DNA of 64,000 nucleotides from Botryllus schlosseri (taxonomy: Eukaryota). The position numbers and the translations under genes were made by a program. The notes under the pieces were generated by a model, which was not told where the DNA came from, did not search any database, and was given only the letters and a program-made list of their open reading frames with translations. Position 1 is the stretch's first letter, and every line of letters begins with the position of its first letter. The DNA lies in assembly GCA_051294905.1 (NCBI GenBank), contig CM119372.1:39744001-39808000 (forward strand), in the 5' to 3' direction. This document shows positions 1 through 12,618 of this stretch, in pieces.

Positions 1-379
1 GTGATATAGAACCTACACGATATTTTGTGGTGGAATAAGATGAGAATATTAAACGCTCTACCTCATTCGTAGTGTTATGCCGTCCTATCGAGTGATACTG
101 AAATACTCGACTCGAAGTAAAATAGAATCGAAACCCTCCAGCACTCGAGATCTTCCATAGCCTTGGTTGGTGGATAGTGAAAATGGTGCATCGATTAAGG
201 AGTCACCATAGTAATATGAGTCAAGTAGGGCCTACTCCTTATGTATAGTTCCAATTGTCAGACAATCAGATGTCTCATCCTGTGGCAATTACAGATTGTA
301 CTTTTCGATTACAAATTGTCCAGTACAAAACAGATTCATAATTGATTGTCGACTTCTTTGAGAGAATTTCGAAGGTCGT

Positions 380-570
380 AGTATCAAATGCACTGGACTA
401 AGAAGTGCTCGACCGATTCCTCAGTGAAACAGGTTTCATACAGTCCACCCACATGGCACCTAATATGGCGCGAGTGCCGTCGAGTTTGCAATGACTTGTC
501 TGGAGTTTGAAGAGAGTTGCACAATGTTGTTTATCCATCTTATTCACTTCCTTGATGATTTATTTGTATT
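380..570 (-). mobile_element. Degenerate LINE ORF2 C-terminal remnant (zinc-knuckle region, I/Nimb/R1-like)
   Basis: Minus strand reads ATLFKLQTSHCKL (cf. LRTGH), then after a frameshift ETCFTEESVEHFLVQC (cf. CxxC..E.VEH.L..C). Confidence 0.6.
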
Positions 571-780
571 AGATAAAACGTCGATAGTGAACCCCCAGTC
601 TCTGCCGTATTGTATTCGGTGGTATACCTTCCTTCGGTGTAACGGGAATGAAACCGGCGCCTTCGTGATCTTAAATCCGTATACAAGTAATATTAATTTT
701 TCAGTTGAAGAGATTCAAGCATATGTCCAATATTTCCAAGTCCTAATTAGCTAACATTGAATATCATTTTGCTTCTGAAA

Positions 781-3700
781 ATGTCGCTAAAGATTTGGAT
801 TCTTTTCATGATCGGATTCGTCATATACATCCGTTCGGCAGGTTCGAAATTTTCGTGATTATAATTTAAAGCAATTGAATTATTGTCAATTTCAGCAAAA
901 CTTTGCGTGAGAAGATACGTTGAAGGTAAATGGATCTCAAAGGGAGATTGTGGGGTTGGTGCATGTAGTTTTATTTCAACAGCAAACTTTTTTATTTTGC
1001 GTACGTTTTATGAAGGGCCCGGAAAGGAAGTCGGAGATTCAGAAGGAAATTCATCTCAGAGTGGAAAATGAGAGGAAATGGACTGTGAGTAGATTTTAAA
1101 ATATCGTTTTTTTAGCTGATACCATAACTATCATCGGAAATCCCGATACTATTCATTCGATATTTAAAAGAAGTACCCAAGTAGGTCTTGCCTACTTAGA
1201 CTAATTAATCAGCTGTTAAACCAGTGGCGGCTCGTCCTATAGGGAAACTGGGGCATTGCCCCACCAAAAATTCTGTTCAATAACAATTCATTTCCATTTA
1301 TAGACATACAGCAATCTATATATACCGAAATCACAGCGAAAATCTTATTCTTCTTGTCCTTTCGCTTGTAAATGTCCATATATAGCGAAGTCTCTGCGAA
1401 AATCGAATTCTCTTCTGTGTTTTCGGTTTGCGAATGCCTAGCCGGGGCATGCCCCGGTAGCGCTCATAACAAGCTTTCACTGTCTATTCTCTCAAAGCCG
1501 CGCACAATAAAGAAACGGTGATATACTCTCTCCTATTCATGAAATTACCGAGCAAGTGGGGCACAATAGGTCTCTGCCCCTAAGGTGTGATGTAACAATC
1601 GTATCTATATCTGAACTCGGTTACCGTCATATGCGTTTAGTCGACCTGTGCTGGTATAGGACGATTTTGATGGTGTTTCACACGATGATAATAGGCCATT
1701 TGCAGGACTTCGATCACGTGACTAGATACGCATAGCAACCACAAATTGGTTAGCAAGCTACTTTCTCGCGCACCTGCTTCAGTGTTAAATATCGCATACT
1801 GTACTGTTGATGTCTGGTTGTAAACGTGTCAGAAATTTGTTGTTGAAGTCATCAGAGATTCACCTATGCTAGACGTCAGTCCTGTACAAAGCATTTCGAA
1901 TTACATCGTCAGAATTACGCAGAAACCCCTCGGTAACGTAGTCGTATTACGGTATTCAACCCTGATCATATGTACTTACATTCTGGCATTTGAAGTAGAG
2001 CGATTGGTTTATATTCTGGTAAGAGTATTTGTTAGTTCAAGTAGTACTATATGTCTGTTGTGGAGCCTGATTTTGGATGGAAGATATGACTGAAGCAGCT
2101 GGGACCGCAAGGATCAGGATATACTGTCTGCTCTGCTGTCGTGCTGACATAAAACAATGTCGCTGAACACATCGGAAGTATCTTTTGGGAGAACCTGACA
2201 TCAAGACTAAACAAAGCAGTGCACTTCATTGTTGCTTTATACAATGCTGATTTTATTAGCACTACTTCGCAACTGCGATAGAAGTGGATTTGGAAAATCA
2301 CACGCGATTTTGACAAATAGTTGATGTCACATGTGCGCTATTTAGGGAACTAGAAGTAACTATCAAATAAATCTTAGAACAGCTCAACCGCAGTGATAAG
2401 ATCGGTCATCCTATACCCAGATGTGGTCAACGTAGTCATTGTTGGGAACCGAGTAGAAGTAGAAGTAACTCCGTAAATTATACTCCAGTACAAGCAGAAC
2501 TAGTTACTTCCAAGACAGGTTAAAAGTACTTCAAGTGGAAGTGGAAATGAATTTCTGAAAAGTAGTCAAGAAATTCGTTACATTAAGTAGATTTGGTTGA
2601 GGGTTGCTTAGTTTTAGAATTTATGCCAGATGACAACTGTTAACATTGCACGGTGCATCTTCTTGATCAACGTAAAAGAGTAATGGCACTACAAATAGGT
2701 GCAATATTCAAAAATTAATTTAGTTACCGTGGTACTGGGGCTATTATGCCCAGTTGTTATGACAGCCTCATACTTGAAGGGGAGGCAATCTTGCGCCAAA
2801 TCTACTTTCTAGTTGACAAGATCTCAAGTCTGACGAAAAGGTATTGCCTAAAAAGTGTCAAGTAGAAGTGGGAGTTGCCTAAACTCATAATGACGCGATT
2901 ACTCAGGTAAAATAGTACTTCGCTGCTGACATCCTCTGTATATTGGTTCAACCAACTCAGAAACATCCTCTTAAGACGACGAACATTGTTTCTTTTGCAT
3001 TGACTTCGTAATATTCTGAACAAATGATATTCTTTGATTCATTGAATTTACAAATATACTTGGAAAGAAGTGCAATTTACTAATTTTTGTTTTGCATTCG
3101 ATACCCAGAGCATAAAAAATAGTTGAAGAATGCATGTCAACCTTATCAAGTTCAATAACTGCCGATTTTTTATGCCCATGTCTTTTCCTCTGCCTCCATA
3201 GCCACTTGTCTAGACAGATTCATAGCATCTACGGAAGAGCACTTATCTTGCTGTTCGCAAATGAAATATTATTTTCAAAACAGACATCAGCATCGGGAAA
3301 GAAGTTCAGGACAGTTAGTTTGTGGTCAGATCATCTGCTGCCATTTCTGTCGGCATGAATCCAGACTGCCTTTTACCGCATAACCAAATTTTATGTGGTG
3401 ATCATAATTGGCTCCAGGCTGAATTTTTTACGAGGGCATCATCAATTTCTTAGTTGCCTATGTTCGGCTCTCTTGGAATAATCCATCAGATCATCAATTC
3501 GTATACACGTGGTAAAGCCATGTCTTGAAACTCCCGCAATGTGCCAAACAGTAAAGTATTCCAATCCAGGCAAGCAATCCAGACGGTTTGTTGCATCATC
3601 AGTTGGAGCTGATGATCATTTTTCTTCGGGTAGTGGCACTTGGCAGCATGACAGAATGATCAATAACTTGTAATATAGGTATAGAGGTCTAAATATTTTG

Positions 3701-6700
3701 AATTGTTTACTGAGAAGCCATACAGTAGCATAGGATATTTAATATATGTATTGTATGTAGCATGATATCAATCATAAAAATACTACAATGATTGCAAACT
3801 ACCACTATACAATACAACTATAGTAGGTTCTAGTATACTATCCACACCTACTTAATGCTGCATTAAATATCACGTAGTCAATCAAGTAGTAGTGCTAATA
3901 AAATCAGCATTGTATAAGGCAACAATGAAGTGCACTAGTCTTGATGTCAGGTTTTCCCAAAAGATACTTCCGATGTGTTCAGCAACATTGTTTTATGTCA
4001 GCCCGACAGCAGAGCAGAGAGTATATTCTGATCCTTGCATGTCTCAGCTGCTTCAGTCATTTCTTCCATCCAAAACCAGGCTCCACAACAGACATATAGT
4101 ACTACTTGAACTAACAAATGCTCTTACCAGAATATAAACCAATCGCTCTACTTCAAATGCCAGAATTTAAGTACATATGATAAGAGTTGAGTACCGTACG
4201 ACTATACGTTACCGATGGATTTCTGCGTAATTCTGACGATGTCATTTGAAATGCTTTGTACGTGACTGACGTCTAGGATAGGTGAATCTCTGATGACTTT
4301 CACAACAAATTTCTAAAACGTTTACAACCAGAAATCAACAGTACAGTATGCGATATTTAGCACTAAAGCAGGTGCGCGAGAAAGTAGCTTGCTAACCAAT
4401 TTGTGGTTGCTATGCGTATCTAGTCACGTGATCGAAGTCCTGCAAATGGTCTATTCTTGAAACTTGGTATGTCATGTCGTGATGGTGGTATTTAACACTG
4501 CCCCAAGTTTCAGGGTTTCTACTTGAAGTTTAGGGTAGTAATTCCGTTTCCGAAGTTGAGTGTGTGTTGATCCGTCATGTATAGCAAACAGATTGTACTC
4601 AAAAACCGGTATTGGTATCCATTGATTTTGACGATGTTCCATACCGAGATCGGTCATGACATTTGACACGGTAAGTCTTAATGTTAGTATCGAACGCTGT
4701 ACCAAGTTTTAAGTTTGTCATTGAACTATGTTAGTGGTAATTTCGTTTCCTAATTCGAGTGAGAGCAGACCCGTCATTTATCGCTAAAAGATTTTAAGCA
4801 AAGCTGGTATTGGTCTCTATTGATTTTAACGATGCTCTTTTACTTATGTCTTTCATAAGCTTTTGCACGATATGCCTTGATTTTAGTATCGAACGCTGTG
4901 CCAAGTTTCAAGGTTGACAGTCAATGATTAGGGCAGTCATTTCTTTAGCAAGGTCGAGTATGGTAGAGATGTGCGCTGAACTGACACTTTAGCCTACAAT
5001 AGGGTTACCATATTTTTGTGGCTGAAATTCCGGAGGCTCTTCAGCGCCCACTAGCGGATTTTAGAAAGAGATATGAATACATTGTCGATCAATATGACGT
5101 CACACCAGCAAAGCCTGGTCTATCGACTAGAGGTGGTCACGATCCGGTTCAGGAGTATCTGGTTGTGTGATGTAAGTTTTAACCAGGGCCGAAGCCACAT
5201 TTTTAGCGCCCTCCCGTCCCAATAAACTCCGTAGGGTAATCGATGCATCTTCTGGGGACTTACTATATGCGTCTGGTTTCTACATGCATCTGGACGTTAG
5301 ATTATTCAAACGAATTATGTCAATAATATTGGTCCTTCCATATATTACTATATAATTTTATAAAGGTAAACTACCTAAACGGCCTAAACCGACTTTGTGA
5401 ATATACCGTTATTTTGTAATTGCGATAAAATAAGACAAATTTTTGGAAAGGAATGGTAATTTTATTTATTTCTGATTGCAGTTTTTGCAAGGGTGGTAGA
5501 CCCCATATCAAAACTAAAATTTGTGTTCCTAAATCGCGCGCAGCGCGAAGAAAAATTTCATGTAGCATAAATCGGCCCAAAAATAATATTGTTTTGGTTG
5601 ATATACGAAAAAATTATGAGCTTACTTCAAGCCTTTAAAATTCTGGACATTTAGGCATATTTTAGAAATTCCTCCCGGACGCAGTTTTAATGGTGAAATT
5701 CCGGACATGTCCGGGAAATTCCGGACGTATGGCAACCCTAGCCTACAACGCATTGCGGATTTCACGCAAAAGCCGGTGTATCTGTGCTAACGTTAACTGT
5801 GTTCCGTACTGAGATAGGTGATGAGATGATGATATCATGAAACAGTTTACTAACATTCTCGGTTTGCATTGAAATATTTACTTTTATATTATATTCTCCA
5901 ATGTCAATTTCACCGTGAAATTGTGGCCTTCAAGCCATTTGCTTACAACCCCCTGTCAAGCGCGATAGCTATTTAGTTTTCGATATCGGCTAACAGCTGA
6001 TCACTTGATCAGCCTATTCCTCAGTAAATTTTACGCAAAGTTTGGTGTTGGTCTGTTCGTATTAATTTTGACAGTGTACCAAACGGAAAAGGGCCATGAG
6101 GCTACTTCTCGATGATGTAATGTAACTGTGTACTAAGTTACCGGCTTTCATCCACGTATTTATTCGGTAATGTTCCAAAGGCGAATTCGCAGCAGACCTA
6201 TAGACACAGACAGTAATAAAGCCGTGTCGTGTTACAGTCTCCAGTTTCAAGGCCAAAATCTAGTATGCTGTACCGAGACCGAATTTCCGAGGCTGCTATT
6301 CTTAGTTCTTCAGAATGATGTTTTGGATTCAATATGACAGGCCCAATCTATAAGCCCATTTACATGGTCAAGTCTTCTTGGAGTGACATCATGAGACGGC
6401 TTGCCAAAGTGATCGAGTTTACAACTTTACATGGTCATATTTATCGCAGCTCGAGTGATACACAGCACTTTGGGATTCATCTCGGGAATATGCTACGGCA
6501 GTTGAGATATCCAGAAATACTTCAACACAATTCTAGAAGGACCAAATACACCGTGTATTTTTATATATTCTTTCTGATTGTGAGTTGTGCAAGTTATATT
6601 GTTGGCTGTACTCGCTTCATAAGTTGTGACGCTGAACAAATAATACCACGCGCATATTATAAAAGCAGTATCATGTACTGATAGAGCTTTCATATTCACC

Positions 6701-9700
6701 CAGTTGAAATACGTGCCGGTGTCGTGAAATATGAACATGAAATGTTGGTATGTTGCTGTAGTCTGGATTCGTTTTCAAGTACCGGTACTCTTCAAGTCGT
6801 CTCCAAGCGACTCTGCGGAACGGGTTGAGCTCAGACTTGTACAGACTAAATATTTAGTTGATTGAGTAGTTCTAGTTCTAGTCGTAGTTACAGATTTTGA
6901 AAATTGAGTAGTTCTAGTTCTATTTGTGGTTTTTGAAAATCCAGTAGTTTGTACAAGTCTGGTTGAGCTGAAGACGGATTGAAGCCGTCAGCCTTTTTCT
7001 CTTTTTCAAAAACGAGAAAGTCGGATTGACGAGTCAGCTTCGAAGCTGACCCAAACGGCCATGTAAATGGGCTTTATGAGATAACAATTGCGTATGTATC
7101 CGAACTCGTTGACCTTTCCAGGTAGGCTTACGCAATCTCTCGAGTTATAGTCATTTCCATTTCTGCAGATAATTAGTCAGCTCAAGTGCGAACATGAACC
7201 GTGTTGAATCTTTGTCCCGTACGCCGTTTACGCAGTTACCACACTTCAAGTCACAGCTCACCGGCAGACCTCTCGTGGCACATACGTTAAAATCACTGTT
7301 GTTGGGAAATTCATGTTACCGTCCCATCATTAAGTTACTTTTTCACGTTGGAAAACGCCATTGTGACGTCATCTTGATAAAAAGTCGCTTGCAGCCCTTG
7401 CCCCACCACCCGATATTGTCACGAGCCGCCACTGTGTTAAATAGTTGCATGATTATAGACTACTTCTACTCAACAGTTATTCAAGCAAATTCACTTCAAG
7501 CATTACTACTTTTTGCTTACTTGAAACTCGCTACTTTTACCTACACCCGAGTAGAAAATATTACCTTGCTTCTACTTGAGAACTAATGATGGCTAATTTG
7601 ACAATCTCTGCCCGCAAGCTACAAAAGAAATGTACCAATATTCTCAGTCCGGCAGTCCCAGAATTTTCAACCCAATATGGCCGATAGGGATATTTTTCCA
7701 CAGTACGATAACGACTCAATATGATCGTCGAGCCGATAGTGGGCCGGCTCATAGTCTTGAGAAACTTTATTCTAGAAGGAGATATTGTATTCTATTTTCT
7801 CGACTGGATCATTGAGATGCTTCGACGACGGAGATGCGATCCGGCCTTTATATCAAGGTCATCTAGTCTGTATACCCATTTTGTCCTCCTCCATGCTATC
7901 CGTGATTAATGAGCGCCTAGTGCCTAGTGAACTAAAGTTTAGGATAAGGTAGATATGGGGGTGGCGAGATACCGTTGTTGTATTATCCACAGCTGCAATA
8001 CCAACGGGCTGTGGATTCGAGTCCGACTGAGGTCGACTTCTGTATTCCTACCTAAGTGTTAAAGTTTATCTAGGCTCCTCCTCGCCATATCATTCGTGTA
8101 AGCGGTATCTTAAATACGTCTAGAAGTGGGCCGTGCTATAAGTCGGCAGTTACGGATTCAAAAATAAGGAATATAGGCCTGGTGTAACTGACCATTAGTA
8201 GTCTACAAACACCATCGATATCACAAACAAAGGTATATCTGGAACATTCGTTTGAAGCATAAACTCAGATGCATTCAGAGACGAAAACTGAGATTTCATT
8301 CACTTTGATTGCTTTCTGACTTCCGTCGCAGGTTTTCCAGCGCAGAATGACCGGAAACATTGATTTCTACCGAGGTTGGAATGATTACGTGAAAGGATTC
8401 GGGAATCGTGAAGGGGATTTTTGGCTCGGTGAGATGGTTTTGAATCTAATTCGATTGCCTTTAGATGTGGGATGTTGTCGATATGAGCTAGATCAGATCA
8501 TTCTGCAATGAACATAATTTGTTACGTCGTGTAGAGGTTTATGGTTCACCTCATGTTCGATTGGCAAAGTGTTTGATTGGAAACCAACGTCTTCTATGAT
8601 TTCACAATATTGCCTCCAGGACTCGCGGAAATGCATGAAATGACAAAGGAAGGGAATATGGAATTGGAAATCAACATGATTGAGAGAGCCACAGGAATTC
8701 GTTTGGTGGCTAAATACAGGCAAGTCTATATTTCGATAATACACAAATGATGGAATAAGGTTACGAACGAAGGAAACCAAACAAATATTCACGGGCCTAG
8801 CTTTGCTTAAAAAATAAACTGAAAACTGTCAAGTAGAAGCAGAAGTAGTCTAAAATCATAATCAGTCGTGGAAGAAGTGCAAGTTGCGAAAATCTAAGGT
8901 AGAAGTACTTCGTCACTGATCGCCTCTTTCTGTAACACTTACTCTTTTACTGACTCGTGAATCGCTACATGTACTTTTACTCAGAGGTGGTCAGTAACGA
9001 AGTACTTCTACTTTTTGAAGTACTTGAAGTAGATTTTGCCTACTCACACTACTTCTAAGTAGTTATGATTTTAGACTACTTCTACTTCTACTTGACAGTT
9101 TTCAGTTTTGTAGGCAACAATAAACGTAGAATACGTACTTACTTACTTACTTGTGAACCACCAGTCCTACTTATACGTGAGTAGAAATTCCAGCGTTACT
9201 TCTACTTCTACTCGAGTAGCGACGGTGACTACTTTGACCACCTCTGCTTTTACTTGAGTAGAAATTGACGGAGCCACTTCTTCTTCTACTTGAGTACCGA
9301 TGATGCCTAGTTTGACTTCCATTTATAGTGTAGGACGTAACGGAACATTCAATTTTAGAGTCCCGTGGTTGCAAACAAGTGCTAAGGTCCCGAGTCATAG
9401 TGTTTACTGTTCATTATCTAGTTCAAGTCAGGTACAACTCGCTTCTGTGAAACTCCTGGGTGATAGAGAATGGCGCGTATTCATAATATGCTCATTTTCT
9501 CACTCTTGGTATGATAATATACATTTTCTGGGGCTACATTTCATGGATAAGCACTTATACACGAGACTGGAATATACAGGAATATATATAGTAATATTCC
9601 GTGTCACAACCTATATGACTTGACCTCGTCATGAGCAATATGTCTCGAGTGAAAGTCGAGTCAATACAAAAATTGGCTCGTGTCAAGTCGATTCGTCTGC

Positions 9701-11145
9701 AATTTGTGAATCGTGTCTGACTCGAGTTCAGTCATAACTCAAGTCATTACAACCTGATATGTCCTATACCAGTGTTCGGGAACCTATGACTCGCGAGCCA
9801 TATATGGCTCTTTGGGTATAACATACGGCTCTTTGCCAAATATTTATTTTTGTACTGAAATGATCAATATTGCTGCGACTTGTTGGTAAATTTTCATCAC
9901 GGCCAGAATAACTATTCTCGTGGCAGTATAATCATGTCTTTAAGAGGTAAAAACAATGCAGTCTTCAGGTTTAGGGGCTCGGACCCCCTCTTTTCAAAAT
10001 CCTAAAATTTAAGTGACTGTCACGCCGGCGGCCAATATCACTCGCGAATTATATGTACCCGACTCGCAATCTTGAATTGTGCGATACGTTGATTAATCAA
10101 GGAGCATAGCAGACATGGCGACGCCCATTTAAAAACGAAGTTTTCAAATACATATTGTCTTCCTGATCCACGTCGCGAAATGAACTGTTGTGAATGTGAC
10201 ATTCACAATTACAAACTCGAATTACAAACAACGCCATAGCTATCCACGTTCTTAGTATACAGCTCTGTGTAGTACCGGCGGTAAAATGTATGCGTGTAGC
10301 GCAACGATATATTACCGCCGAATACTTTGAGAATTGAGAAATCGGCAAGTATTTAGATTTTCAGAATCAGTGTGACAGTCACATTCGATTATTATCAGTT
10401 ATATTAAATTCTAAGCTACTTACGATGAATCAATGGTGAGGCTTGGCCCGTCTTTGCTGCCTTACCTCTCGTTTCGAGCTTTATTTTCGAACAAAAAATA
10501 CCAGTTTTACAGAGAAAATATCGCGCACACGAGGAATCCGATTTAGTGAGTTCGGATTAGTGCTACCATGACGTCATGAATTTTCAATTGTGACGTAACA
10601 GCTGATTGGCATGTATGGCTCTTGAGGAGTTGAGATGGAAAAAATTGGGCCAATATGGCTCTTCGGACAAAAAAGGTTCCCGACCACTGTCCTATACAGA
10701 CCATACATCCGTGGTCAAATAGAACGAGTTGGTATAGTAGGCCTACCTATCACCGAGTAGCCAAGAACAAATAGATCCCTATTTTATTATCTACTCTATT
10801 TAACAATCACGTCAATTAATTTTATCCAGCAATTTCCGCATCGGACCCGGATCCGATTACTACAGACTGACCCTATCGGGTTTCTCCGGAAATGCAACCA
10901 GCGATACTTTCTCGTATCACAACAACCGACGATTCACAACGAAAGACGCCGACCACGATGGTTGGTCGAAAGGAAATTGTGCTCCTGGGTGGGAAGGGGG
11001 CTGGTGGTATGGTCACTGTGGCCACAGCAATCTGAATGGAAACTTCAAGAAATCAGATGTTGCGGGATGTTGGTGGCATGCACCCAACCCATCCTCCTAC
11101 AGACTCCTGCGCTACTCGGAGATGAAGTTTAGTAAAAGATTGTGA
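781..11145 (+). CDS. Secreted fibrinogen-related domain protein (ficolin/tachylectin/ryncolin-like FReD), copy 1, 6 exons, 233 aa
   Basis: Exons 781-841, 896-954, 1016-1084, 8332-8428, 8620-8719, 10830-11145 splice in frame (702 nt). Introns are GT-AG except intron 5, which is GC-AG. Signal-peptide-like start [23 protein letters not shown] motifs [52 protein letters not shown]. Confidence 0.92.
1693..4452. mobile_element. Long-TIR foldback DNA transposon (arms ~1693-2267 and ~3887-4452)
   Basis: ~570-bp inverted arms; ORFs 2047-2316(-) and 3892-4137(+) are mirror translations. The empty site GATAATTCTT in the sister copies (~13091, ~57512) fits a 2-bp AT TSD, or alternatively no TSD with TAG..CTA ends. 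Confidence 0.9.
4500..4980. repeat. Degenerate ~198-bp tandem repeat inside family X element
   Basis: CCAAGTTT..GTAATTTCGTTTCC..GGTATTGGT..GATTTT.ACGATG units recur near 4503, 4702 and 4901. The same array is at ~13140-13610 and ~57560-57825. Confidence 0.75.
5000..5740. mobile_element. hAT-type MITE (TAGGGTTGCCA termini)
   Basis: TAGGGTTACCATA / TATGGCAACCCTA. Perfect TSD GCCTACAA. Confidence 0.9.
6352..7074. mobile_element. Harbinger/Tourist-like MITE
   Basis: TIR AAGCCCATTTACATGG / CCATGTAAATGGGCTT. 3-bp TAT TSD. Absent from the sister copy near 14480. Confidence 0.8.
6832..6961. mobile_element. 130-bp hAT MITE
   Basis: CAGACTTGTACA / TGTACAAGTCTG. Perfect TSD GTTGAGCT. Confidence 0.9.
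7957..8235 (+). mobile_element. tRNA-derived SINE
   Basis: A-box-like GGTGGCGAGATA and B-box GGATTCGAGTCC. The body recurs at ~25140-25305(-), ~30888-31025(+), ~42310-42491 plus 47102-47118(-), and ~50744-50880(+). Confidence 0.75.
8790..9310. mobile_element. Two inverted degenerate copies of an (AGTAGA)n-rich MITE
   Basis: ~8815-8926 is largely the reverse complement of ~8983-9110. Relatives at ~2340-2600, ~7440-7590, ~37155-37400 and ~60128-60385. Confidence 0.65.
9363..9756 (-). mobile_element. Short degenerate derivative of hAT family B (GACTCGAGTC motifs)
   Basis: Ends resemble family B termini in reverse orientation (..GTCATTACAACCTG). Clustered GACTC/GAGTC motifs. Confidence 0.6.
9770..10689. 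mobile_element. hAT (Buster/Charlie-like) MITE in FReD1 intron 5
   Basis: CAGTGTTCGGGAACCT / AGGTTCCCGACCACTG. Perfect TSD TCCTATAC. Confidence 0.9.
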
Positions 11146-11759
11146 AAGGGTGATAATGTGACGTGACCAATATGTTATATACCATATTCTCTGCTGTGGA
11201 GAATAATTTCTTCTCTTATTTATCATACCAATGATACCGTTTTAGACATTGTTAGCTCTTTTAAAGGTGTCAATGCTGGTAACGGTCAGATATGGCACGG
11301 CTGGTCCAGTTACTCATCGACGACGATTTCTCGCCACATACAAATTTTACGAAAGGCTGAGATTTATCCAATTCATTTGACTTTTTACTCATAATTTTTT
11401 GTCGTAAGATATAGTCGCAACGAAAATTTGAAAATAAATATAAGTAAAACCTAAAATTACCAGATATTTTCCGAATGCAATATATTGTCTTAAATTTTGT
11501 CAGAACGCCACAAGTCGAATGTATATATACGGAGAAGGAGAGAGAATCTTTATTTTTCATCCTACCTTAAACACATAACAAAAAGATAGCGATAATGGTG
11601 GTAGAGAAATTATACGATACGACCTTGGAGGGCGACTAGTCTGATTACACCCGCATCAAAAAGGTACACTTGTCTCTAAACAGCTGTAACGATCTAACGG
11701 ATGGTATTTAAAAAGGGAAATTACCGAAGAAAAATTAAAAGATGGTAGCAAATCAATGA

Positions 11760-12110
11760 AGCAAGCGAGGTAATCAAGTAGCTCTTTTTTTAAAATCTAT
11801 TATGGCAATTCACGGATATGTTATGGTAATGCATTCCAGATGGTATCTCCTGAGTAGGCGATAGATCTCTTAGTTAGGTTGCTAATGGGTGGGGGTAAGT
11901 AGATATTTCCCGTTGACGAAGATATTGTGCTGTGGGAGAGAACATTTTGAGCAGGTACGACAAGGTCATCAAACGCATCAGGCAAACTATTGGAAAAATA
12001 TTTGTGTAGAACTTTTGACACTACGAGCCGATAATAGTTTGTCAACTCGCATAATTCAATGTTTACGATAGTGCGGTTGTAATTTGGTGTAGAGAGGTAC
12101 AGCTGAAATC
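11760..12110 (-). mobile_element. LINE (L2/Crack/CR1-like) ORF2 3' remnant
   Basis: ORF 11821-12045(-) reads ..LPDAFDDL..TKRSIAYSGDTIWNALP, the typical ORF2 C-terminal motif. Confidence 0.75.
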
Positions 12111-12618
12111 AACCGACCAGAGTGTCATTGCGAGCATCAAACGGGATTTAGAGGAAATTCGGGCTGAGTGGGAAATCTTGCCCCACTTGACACAAGTTTT
12201 CTTCTCTAACAGGATCGAATCAGGATTCACATTTTTGCCAGACTGTCGGATCAGGATCAGGACGGAATTCTAAATTTATAGTGCACGAGCTTGACTTTCC
12301 GTTTGTTTACTTCGATGTTTTGCATGAAATTGGAATCGGCTGACTTCAGCATTGTACCGATATTTCGAAAAATATCGACTATAGGGTCAAATAGATTCTC
12401 AACCTTGTGCAGTATATTTTTGGGTCCGAATTCTTACATTTGAGACGGAAACAGCATTCAGATTGGATCAGGATTCTGTTTTATCGTACAGGATTGGATC
12501 CTGGTTCCAAACACCATTATCCGTACATCTCTACCGCTTAAACAGTGTGATACTCAAGGTTTCGAATATATAGGATAACGCAATAACTGGCTTGACACGT
12601 ATGAATATCTCCAGAGCG

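Larger units (their letters stand above)
1222..7434 (+). mobile_element. Non-autonomous hAT element (family X) with nested insertions, in FReD1 intron 3
   Basis: TIR CAGTGGCGGCTCGT / ACGAGCCGCCACTG. TSD TGTTAAAC/TGTTAAAT. Homologous copies at 12619-16751 and 57040-57826. Confidence 0.9.

Noticed and set aside
2047..4137. Two near-identical ORFs on opposite strands as a duplicated gene
   Set aside because: They are chance translations of the two arms of the foldback element.
7720..7870. Helitron 3' ends (short hairpins near CTAG; also 56877-56915)
   Set aside because: Hairpin spacing is atypical, and no 5' TC end or second copy was identified.
7957..8030. tRNA gene
   Set aside because: A/B-box-like motifs are present, but there is no convincing cloverleaf and the sequence continues into a dispersed repeat body, i.e. 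a SINE head.
11260..11570. TTAA-flanked Kolobok/piggyBac-like MITE
   Set aside because: TTAA is present at both ends but the putative TIRs match poorly and no second copy was seen.
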